A program made the position numbers and the translations under genes. This document shows, piece by piece, positions 56,513-64,000 of a stretch of DNA of 64,000 nucleotides (position 1 is its first letter; the number at the start of each line of letters is the position of its first letter). Source of the stretch: Perkinsela sp. CCAP 1560/9 (lineage: Eukaryota; Protista; Euglenozoa: Kinetoplastea). The DNA lies in assembly GCA_965644495.1 (NCBI GenBank), contig CBFFSA010000001.1:744001-808000 (forward strand). Reading direction: 5' to 3'. The notes under the pieces are model-generated. The model ran no database searches. It was not told the origin of the DNA and worked only from the letters and a program-made list of their open reading frames with translations.

Positions 56513-56921
56513 AATGGGCATTGCCAGGCCGGGACTAAGTGAATTCAATTGATGCCTGACATTTGCAGGCGTGTAAGATTGTTTAGTTAAATGGAGCTAA
56601 ATGTAGTAGTTCTACTGGATACTAGAAAGGAGTAGTTCAATTATATTCTTAAGTTTATAATCGTGCTATAGATGTATTGAAATCTTCACCCTCACATTCC
56701 GCCGAATATGGCGGTGCCGGGCTTGGGACTGGTAACAAGCGTGTTTACGAAGAAGTGATAATGTGGTATACTCCCATACCCCCCTCAACACAGATTTTAG
56801 CCTGTGGTCACTTATTCGTGACGGAGGGTTTATATTAGAAGAAAAGGATATAGAAGTGGGCTACGGTGGTCCAAAATTAAAAAGAAATTAAAAAGAATAA
56901 TCACATTTTATTTTTAATGTA

Positions 56922-57103
56922 CCGTCCCCCCCTCCCCTTAAGCGTACCCGTAAGGTCAGACCCCCCGTTTAAGCGCACATAGAGTTGAGGTGAAGTCTCC
57001 GGCGCCGCTAAGCGGCGCCAATGTTTTTTTTGTGCACTGATTCAGACCCCCGTTTAAGCGCACTTTTCACGGAAAACGAGGTGCGCTTAAACGGGGGGTA
57101 CAA
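56922..57103. mobile_element. Small pogo-like MITE
   Basis: TA flanks; CCCCCGTTTAAGCGCAC twice forward and once inverted; a similar end occurs at 15613-15635. Confidence 0.55.
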
Positions 57104-57206
57104 TATTATACAACAACATTAGTACACATCTACAATCGCAAACTATCACACCTTATTTCCCCCCTGAGTGAAGTATTCTAGTGAAATATTGTAACTTTCT
57201 ACCCAA

Positions 57207-60200
57207 ATGCACCGTTTTTACGCAGTGCTGTTGAAGCAAAAAGGCGCTTCACGCGACTTGTTCCAATATCACATTGGAAAAGCATCGCCTCCTACTTTCA
57301 GTTTCTCGAGAAAGCAACTGCACGAGACGTGCTTGCAAGCGGATACTGTCGCTGTATACCACTTTTCCGGTCGGAGTTATTACCAGGACAATTCTTCTCA
57401 AGGAGAAAATGATCAGTACGCTTCCACTACGTACGATAGACGGCGCGGCCGGGGTGCAAATCGAACGTACGATGAGTTTGGTGAAAGTTTAAGCAGAAGG
57501 TCGGGCGGTCGAGGGCGCGGAGGTCGGGGACGTGGCAGAGGACGTGGTCGGGGACGAATGCAGCGGCTTGCCCCGGAGCCCAAACCGGGAGACTGGTTGT
57601 GTCAACAGTGTGAAATGGTAAATTTTTGTAGAAACATGGAATGTAAGCAGTGCTTTGCTCCAATAGCCGAGGACGCGCCGCGTTGGAGTCATCCGGATGG
57701 AACTCCGTGGAAGCCACCGGCGGAGCGTCGACCAGTTCCTGGTGACTGGACTTGTGTACAATGTCAGTTCGAGAATTGGGCCTCACGGGACTTATGCGTG
57801 CGCTGCACTGCGCCCTGGACAATCGATGCAGCAAAAATTCAACCGAGCTTTTTGAAAAAAGGACAATTCGTCTGCGAAAACTGTAAGTCGTTCAACTTCG
57901 GTGAGTATGAGCAATGCAGGCGATGCAGTGAGCCACGTCCAAGCTCTGCGGGTCCAGTTGTTCCTCGAAGAGCACGCCCTGGTGATTGGTACTGCTCTGA
58001 TTGTAAGTTTATAAACAGAATGCGCGCTGAGCAGTGTGAGTCATGTTCGCGACCCCGAGATGAGTCATGCGAGATTGTGTCGGACGTACCCCAGCGTAAA
58101 GGCAGTCCCGGCGATTGGAATTGCTCCCAGTGTGAAACTTTGAATTTTCGAAGCCGAGCTATATGTATTAAATGCGAGTACACACGTGACGAAACCTGCA
58201 AAACTATAACGGACGCAGATTGTGCTGCAAACGACTGGATTTGCGAGTCGTGCAAATTTGTGAATCCACACGACAAGAATTTGTGCGTCAACTGCAATGC
58301 GGAACACACAGAAAATTGCATCATCATCGTGAAGCGCGCGATTCGCTACAGATACGGTGACTGGAAATGTAACAAATGCGGGTCAATGAATTTCAAAGCT
58401 CGAGAAACATGCGTAGCGTGTAACGAAACCAAATCATCGGATTGTGAAGTAGTTGCTTTGCGACCTGGGCAATATGTTTGTCCGAAGTGTGAGACAGTAA
58501 ATTTTTCAGAGCGCACGGAGTGCTTTGGCTGTAAAGAAATTCGTCCTGCAGTTCTTGGACAGCCGCTTGGCAGGAAACGTCTTCGGGCGGGGGATTGGCG
58601 CTGTGCAACTTGCACCACTTTGAATTATCGCAATCGTCCTAATTGTATCAAGTGCTACGCAGCGAAAGGTATAGAGGTCGAGACGGTCCCTTACAAGGAT
58701 GTTGTCGCAGCATCTCCCGGTGATTGGATCTGCCAAAGTTGCGGACTAAGTAATTTTGCAGTTCGCACGTCGTGTATTAAATGCACAACAACGAAAACAG
58801 ACGAATGTATAACGATTGAAGGAGCGACGAGTCCTCCAGGAAAAACCAGAGTTGGAGATTGGATCTGTTCAAAATGTTCTCTGTTAAACTTTTCCTCTCA
58901 GATGATAACCTGCTTTGGCTGCAGAGAACCTCGTAGTGAGACCTGTGAAGTCATAACTGAGGCAACAGCAGATATTTTGACGCCACGAAAGCGTCTACAG
59001 GAGATGCCTGGGGACTGGATTTGTTGCACATGTTTCACATGCAACCGTCGCAGTCGCGAGACATGTTTTGGTTGTACCTTTAAGAAGACGGATACGTGTC
59101 GTATTATCAAGCGCGAATTCGTGATACACGCAAGAGGAGGCGACTGGGAATGTGCTTCCTGCCAAGCGGTCAATTTCCGCAGTACCGAAAAGTGTACGGA
59201 ATGCCAGAAAGAAAAAACGGATGACTGTCGCGTCAAGGAGTACGGACCTCCTCGAAGACCTTTTGAGCTATCGCGCCTTGGAGATTGGGAATGTACTACT
59301 TGCAAGGAAGCAAACAATGCGCGGCGAACGTCCTGTATCAGGTGTCTTTCTTCGAAGTCCGATGAAGCCAGAATATTGACCGAACTGGCCCCCACGGTAC
59401 GACCTCTGCGTGCCATATCTTCCACTGAGGCTAAACGTGGGGATTGGATTTGTGTTCACTGTAAAGAGATTAATTTTTCGTCAAGAGACATTTGCATTCG
59501 TTGCTCAGAAGCCAAATCACCCCATTGTGAAAGCATTCTTCCTCGATCTCTTCAGGAGGGACGACCGGGAGATTGGCAATGCTCGTGTGAACGCATTAAT
59601 TTTGGTACCGAAACGAAATGCACGAAATGTAGAAAAGAAAAAGACCCTTCCTGTGCGCAAAATGATGTCTCTAATCCCAAAGTTCTTTTTCCTGGTGATT
59701 GGGTTTGCTCAAAATGCAAAATCGTTAACTTTGGCGCTCGAATGGAATGCCTTCGTTGTCTGTACACAAAGGACAGCTCTTGTCAAACTTTACGGACGGA
59801 AGGCAGAGTTCCAAGATCAGTAGGAGATAAAGGAGCGCTACCCGGTGATTGGGTATGTAAAACATGCGAGCAGACGTCGTCGCCCTCCTTTGTGAGCTGT
59901 AGAAGTTGTGATGTCCCTCGCCTTCCAGATTGCACCGTTATCCCTGCCAAATCATGGGAGGAGAGTCGATATGGCGACTGGCACTGTCGGGCGTGTGACC
60001 AAATGAACCCTTTACAACGTACTATGTGTGTGTGGTGTTCCGAAGCGAAGAAAACAGATTGCCAAATCGTTGAAGTACAGGTCTTACAAGGGGATTGGAA
60101 GTGCAGTCAATGCAAAGCATATAACTACCGGTGCAACAGTGCTTGTGTTACCTGTTCTTCTCCAAAAGATGCTTCTTGCCATGAAATGAAAGGTGAGTAT

Positions 60201-62225
60201 AAGCCTGGAGACTGGACCTGTGGTTATTGTCATGCCCTGAATTATTTTTTTCACATGTCGAACGAATGTGCGCAGTGTAAAAAGCCAAAAGACGATACAG
60301 CGAAAACAGAGATTCCTGCTCTCTCCCAGATTGGTGATTGGCTTTGTCAGCATTGTTCAAAGTTAAATTTCGCGCACAGACAACTTTGTATGCAGTGCAG
60401 AAGTGCGAGAACTGCCCACTGCCCTATCGCTTTTGGAATGAGAAAAATGAGAGAAGTCTACAGCGGTATTTTACTTCCAGGAGACTGGATATGTAGGCAG
60501 TGTCAGAGCCATAACAAGCGGGAACGTAGTTCTTGTGTCAAATGCAAAGAAAAGAAAAACCTTGAATGTGCGATTGTACCTGCAAGACTATGGGAAGATA
60601 GCTTTTTCGGAGATTGGAAGTGCAATTCCTGTCAACTTATGAACTTATCATGGGATGCTTCCTGTCAATGGTGTAACAAAGTCAAAAGCCCGGATTCTCA
60701 AATTGTAGAAATTGAAGCAATGCAAGGCGACTGGAAATGTGCAGTCTGCAAGATGATGAATCTTCGGAGTAGATCCACCTGCTATAACTGCAAGTCTGAA
60801 AAAAATTCGGAGTGCGAAGAAATAAATGAAACTCCTAGAAGGCATGGAGATTGGTTTTGTTCACAGTGCCGCTGCGCAAACTACGGAAATAGGGAAAACT
60901 GTTTTGGCTGTCAAGCCCCTAGAAGCCCAGAATGTGCTTCTATCCCAGAATCACGATGGAAAGTAGGTAACTGGACCTGTGAAAAATGCTCAACTTTAAA
61001 CTTTTCTAAAAGAATTAAGTGCATTCAATGCCAATCTGGCAAAACTGATACGTGTCTAGTCGTCCAAGGTGCGGAGGAAAACGAATTCAAGAAAGTCGAG
61101 GCCCCTGGAGATTGGTATTGTCAGAATTGCAGGAAGCTCAACTTTCGAGCGAGATCTCTTTGTGTTTCTTGTAGTTCCAGCCAAACGAACGAATGCTACG
61201 TTGTCCCCCCTTTAAGTTGGGAGGATAGCTTTTATGGAGACTGGAAATGTGCGGGCTGCGATAAAATGAATCATGCCAAGTCAGCCGTATGCGTGTGGTG
61301 TCAACGTGCACTTGATGACAAGTGTCAACTTGTTGAGTTTAAAATTCTGAACGGCGATTGGAAGTGTGGCGAATGCCTTACAATAAATTTTCGTGTCCGG
61401 TCGTCGTGCTATCGTTGCAGCGCTAAAAAAACAGAGCATTGTGAGATTATCAATTTGGCGCTTCGGAATAAGGAATGGATTTGTGCAGAATGCAACGTTA
61501 TGAACTTTTCGAAACGAAACGATTGCGTGCGCTGCGGTAACAAGAAGAAAGAGGTGAATATCGTACATCCAGCTGATCACTGGAAATGTGTCGCTTGTGA
61601 GGCAACAAATTTTCGTCACCACCCCTATTGTGATGCCTGCGACTTGAAACTTAACCCGACGGGGTCACTGAACTTCGTTCCGGGTGACTGGAAATGCCTC
61701 TCGTGTCGAAATTACAATAAAAAAGACGACAAGAAGTGTCACTCGTGTACAAAAGAAAAGGACCATACAGCGATGATTGTTCCGGATGTGAAGTCCAGCG
61801 ACTCGAACAGTTGGCTATGTAAATGTGGGACTATCAATAAAAATGAAACCACTACATGTAACGCGTGCAGCACCTCATCTGTGTCGCGAATGTACCCCCA
61901 TAATTCAGATTGGCATTGTGCAAAGTGTGATGCGGAGAACTACGCCTACCGCACCATATGTATGAGCTGCCACATGCGTCGTACATCCCCCAAACCCAAA
62001 ACATCCTTGTACGAATCCACCGTAAAGAAGAAGCCCGTTCCATGCCATCTCTGTGGTACGCTGAACTATTCTTGGAGAACCTACTGCTACGTATGCCACA
62101 ATCGATGGGGAGACGAAGCACAAAGCCAACCAAGCTCCGAGTTTTGGAACGAAGATGGTGAGGCTCCAACTGAAGTATGCAGTTCGAGTGACGCCGATCC
62201 CACTTCAGTGACCATTGCTGCATAA
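57207..62225 (+). CDS. Giant RanBP2-type zinc-finger array protein (1672 aa, 36 fingers, N-terminal RG/RGG tract)
   Basis: 36 counted GDW-x-C-x2-C-x3-N-x6-C-x2-C-type units; basic N-terminus MHRFYAVLLKQK. Confidence 0.95.
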   Translation: MHRFYAVLLKQKGASRDLFQYHIGKASPPTFSFSRKQLHETCLQADTVAVYHFSGRSYYQDNSSQGENDQYASTTYDRRRGRGANRTYDEFGESLSRRSGGRGRGGRGRGRGRGRGRMQRLAPEPKPGDWLCQQCEMVNFCRNMECKQCFAPIAEDAPRWSHPDGTPWKPPAERRPVPGDWTCVQCQFENWASRDLCVRCTAPWTIDAAKIQPSFLKKGQFVCENCKSFNFGEYEQCRRCSEPRPSSAGPVVPRRARPGDWYCSDCKFINRMRAEQCESCSRPRDESCEIVSDVPQRKGSPGDWNCSQCETLNFRSRAICIKCEYTRDETCKTITDADCAANDWICESCKFVNPHDKNLCVNCNAEHTENCIIIVKRAIRYRYGDWKCNKCGSMNFKARETCVACNETKSSDCEVVALRPGQYVCPKCETVNFSERTECFGCKEIRPAVLGQPLGRKRLRAGDWRCATCTTLNYRNRPNCIKCYAAKGIEVETVPYKDVVAASPGDWICQSCGLSNFAVRTSCIKCTTTKTDECITIEGATSPPGKTRVGDWICSKCSLLNFSSQMITCFGCREPRSETCEVITEATADILTPRKRLQEMPGDWICCTCFTCNRRSRETCFGCTFKKTDTCRIIKREFVIHARGGDWECASCQAVNFRSTEKCTECQKEKTDDCRVKEYGPPRRPFELSRLGDWECTTCKEANNARRTSCIRCLSSKSDEARILTELAPTVRPLRAISSTEAKRGDWICVHCKEINFSSRDICIRCSEAKSPHCESILPRSLQEGRPGDWQCSCERINFGTETKCTKCRKEKDPSCAQNDVSNPKVLFPGDWVCSKCKIVNFGARMECLRCLYTKDSSCQTLRTEGRVPRSVGDKGALPGDWVCKTCEQTSSPSFVSCRSCDVPRLPDCTVIPAKSWEESRYGDWHCRACDQMNPLQRTMCVWCSEAKKTDCQIVEVQVLQGDWKCSQCKAYNYRCNSACVTCSSPKDASCHEMKGEYKPGDWTCGYCHALNYFFHMSNECAQCKKPKDDTAKTEIPALSQIGDWLCQHCSKLNFAHRQLCMQCRSARTAHCPIAFGMRKMREVYSGILLPGDWICRQCQSHNKRERSSCVKCKEKKNLECAIVPARLWEDSFFGDWKCNSCQLMNLSWDASCQWCNKVKSPDSQIVEIEAMQGDWKCAVCKMMNLRSRSTCYNCKSEKNSECEEINETPRRHGDWFCSQCRCANYGNRENCFGCQAPRSPECASIPESRWKVGNWTCEKCSTLNFSKRIKCIQCQSGKTDTCLVVQGAEENEFKKVEAPGDWYCQNCRKLNFRARSLCVSCSSSQTNECYVVPPLSWEDSFYGDWKCAGCDKMNHAKSAVCVWCQRALDDKCQLVEFKILNGDWKCGECLTINFRVRSSCYRCSAKKTEHCEIINLALRNKEWICAECNVMNFSKRNDCVRCGNKKKEVNIVHPADHWKCVACEATNFRHHPYCDACDLKLNPTGSLNFVPGDWKCLSCRNYNKKDDKKCHSCTKEKDHTAMIVPDVKSSDSNSWLCKCGTINKNETTTCNACSTSSVSRMYPHNSDWHCAKCDAENYAYRTICMSCHMRRTSPKPKTSLYESTVKKKPVPCHLCGTLNYSWRTYCYVCHNRWGDEAQSQPSSEFWNEDGEAPTEVCSSSDADPTSVTIAA

Positions 62226-62704
62226 CGATGATTAGAGTACGTCATTCTTTAGAAAACTAATGGGAAGGATGATTTATAAATCTCATTATGGATTGACAAA
62301 TCCATTACTTGTACAGCGTTAATGTTGAAACTTTAAAGAATTTATGGAATTAAAAGGAGGTCAGAAAAAATATATTTGGTAGAGCACAACTTCTTTATCC
62401 ATGTATAACAAGTCCCTTCATTCTCACTACTTTGCTCTGTCGCTTGTAGCAAGTTTCCTTCCATAACTTTCCATCCTACAGTAAAGCCATCATTCATGTA
62501 AAGCCATCAAGCATGTAATCTACCATCGGACATTATACAAATCGTATAAAAGCTTAGTATAAGAACTTTATAGCCACCCAACCGAAATGAATTTTCTTTA
62601 TCCATTGAGCCTCTTTATTCTATTTTCATCTCTTAACGACTTGCCTCGGGACATGCCGATCCCCTAACCCCCCCACCATCCCCAACCCACCGTTCACTTC
62701 CTCC

Positions 62705-64000
62705 ATGCGTATCCTCTTTCGCACCTTTCGTCTCCCCCCCTCCCCCCCATGCCCTCTCCCCTCTCTCTACCGTACCCCCATGGTACAATTCTCCCCCTCC
62801 ACCAACCCCTCTTCCTCCCCCTCCACCCCCCCACCCCCCTCCCCCTATCACCACCACCACCACCACCCCCCCACCTACGATGACGACGCCTCCAACCGCA
62901 ACCCCTACCCCCCCTCCCCCTTCCGTCCCTCCCCCCGTCGTCGTCCCCACTTCGATGAATTCGGTGAGCTCCAGCCCCACCACCCCCCCGGTCGCCTCCG
63001 CGGGACCCGCCGGCGTCGTGGTGGCCCCCCCTCCCGGCCCCCCCCCGACCGCGACCCCCCGCGGCTCCCCGGGGACTGGCTCTGCCCCGTCTGCGAGGGG
63101 TCGAACTTCAAGACCCGCACGGCGTGCTACGTGTGCGCCACCCCCCTCGCCCCGGGCTGCCTGCGCTGGGCCCACCCCGACGGCTCCCCGTGGCGCCCCG
63201 CGGGGGGGATGGCCCCCCGCCCCGGGGACTGGCAGTGCACCCACTGCGCGCTGTGGAACTTCAAGGCACGGGGGGGGTGCTACCGGTGTGAGGCCCCGCG
63301 GGAGAGGGGGGGGGAGGGGGCGGTCGTGGGGAGTAGGGTGATCCCGCTGCCGGAGCTGAAGGAGGGGGAGTTCTACTGCCCCCAGTGCGGGGTGCTGAAC
63401 TTCAGCATGCGGGTGTGTTGCATTAAGTGTGAGGCGGGGCGGCCGGAGGGGGCGGGACCGGCGCACGTGCGGGCGGGGAGTAGGCGGGGGGATTGGAGGT
63501 GTGAGCAGTGTGAGCTGTGGAATTATGGGTACCGGGTGGGCTGTGTGCGGTGTGGGAGTGGGGTGAGTGAGCGGGTGGAGATGGTGGAGGGGAGGGAGGG
63601 GGGGCCGAGGGGGGGGGACTGGAACTGTGGGGGGTGTGGGTGGAATAATGTGGGGGGGCAGCGGAAGGGGTGTGTGAGGTGTGGGAAAGGGAGGGGGGAG
63701 GGGGGAGGGAAAGAGGTGGTGGTGGGGTTGGGGGAGGGGTTTGAGGCGTGGCCGGGGGACTGGTGTTGTGAGGGGTGTGGGGTGGCGAATTACCGGCAAA
63801 GGAGAAAGTGTTTTATGTGTGCGAAAGAGCGGGGGGAGGACACGCCGAGGATACCGTATAACCTCGGGAGGACGCTCGCGGAGGCTGTGCCGGGGGACTG
63901 GTTGTGTGTGAAATGTGAGCGGATTAACTTTCGGGAGGAGACCCAGGTGTGTGCGCACTGTAGCACGGTATACACGGACCCGCATCACGTACACAAAGTG
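62705..64000 (+). CDS. Paralogous RanBP2 zinc-finger array protein (partial, at least 7 fingers), absent from the ORF track
   Basis: ATG 62705 MRILFRTFRL... is open to the window end; shares FDEFGE and RWAHPDGSPWRP with the upstream gene; GDWLCPVC, GDWQCTHC, GEFYCPQC, GDWRCEQC, GDWNCGGC, GDWCCEGC, GDWLCVKC. Confidence 0.93.
   Translation, partial: MRILFRTFRLPPSPPCPLPSLYRTPMVQFSPSTNPSSSPSTPPPPSPYHHHHHHPPTYDDDASNRNPYPPSPFRPSPRRRPHFDEFGELQPHHPPGRLRGTRRRRGGPPSRPPPDRDPPRLPGDWLCPVCEGSNFKTRTACYVCATPLAPGCLRWAHPDGSPWRPAGGMAPRPGDWQCTHCALWNFKARGGCYRCEAPRERGGEGAVVGSRVIPLPELKEGEFYCPQCGVLNFSMRVCCIKCEAGRPEGAGPAHVRAGSRRGDWRCEQCELWNYGYRVGCVRCGSGVSERVEMVEGREGGPRGGDWNCGGCGWNNVGGQRKGCVRCGKGRGEGGGKEVVVGLGEGFEAWPGDWCCEGCGVANYRQRRKCFMCAKERGEDTPRIPYNLGRTLAEAVPGDWLCVKCERINFREETQVCAHCSTVYTDPHHVHKV

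Noticed and set aside
62633-63994. 453-aa Pro-rich minus-strand ORF
   Set aside because: Antisense shadow of the plus-strand RanBP2 gene.
1-64000. tRNA or rRNA genes, and a reassigned genetic code
   Set aside because: No RNA gene recognised by eye. Long host ORFs translate cleanly with the standard code, and in-frame stops are confined to decayed elements.

Overview
Eukaryotic genomic DNA, most likely a kinetoplastid or other euglenozoan protist. This is inferred from intronless genes in long same-strand clusters, a GT60 GlcNAc-transferase, and TATE/VIPER-like and CRE-like retroelements. Bases 1-21.3 kb hold a minus-strand gene cluster: ThrRS, a beta-rich hypothetical, a DUF789 protein, Nup54, TFIIH p44, a 620-aa hypothetical, a GT60 GlcNAc-transferase, an eIF4E-like protein and a coiled-coil protein. 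A transposon patch at 11.6-17.9 kb interrupts it. A divergent strand switch (21.3-29.7 kb, with a 200-N gap) is followed by plus-strand genes: CAF-1 large subunit, a 36-finger RanBP2 zinc-finger protein and an unlisted paralog running off the end. The region 21.4-57.1 kb is mostly nested mobile DNA: Tc1/mariner (one intact, DD32E), two hAT families, Merlin, PIF/Harbinger-like, a probable Helitron2/Helentron-like repeat, RLE non-LTR fragments and tyrosine-recombinase (DIRS/TATE-like) retroelements. Highlights: (1) a 2.4-kb element carrying an inverted internal copy of its own circle junction, integrated at a GTACCG core; (2) giant, possibly organelle-targeted RanBP2-finger arrays with a 5-finger higher-order repeat; (3) recurrent orientation-independent C-rich to G-rich skew-switch islands that reshape protein composition; (4) a hAT family with 6-bp TSDs and an apparent DDD triad. 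All calls come from reading motifs by eye; no database searches were run.
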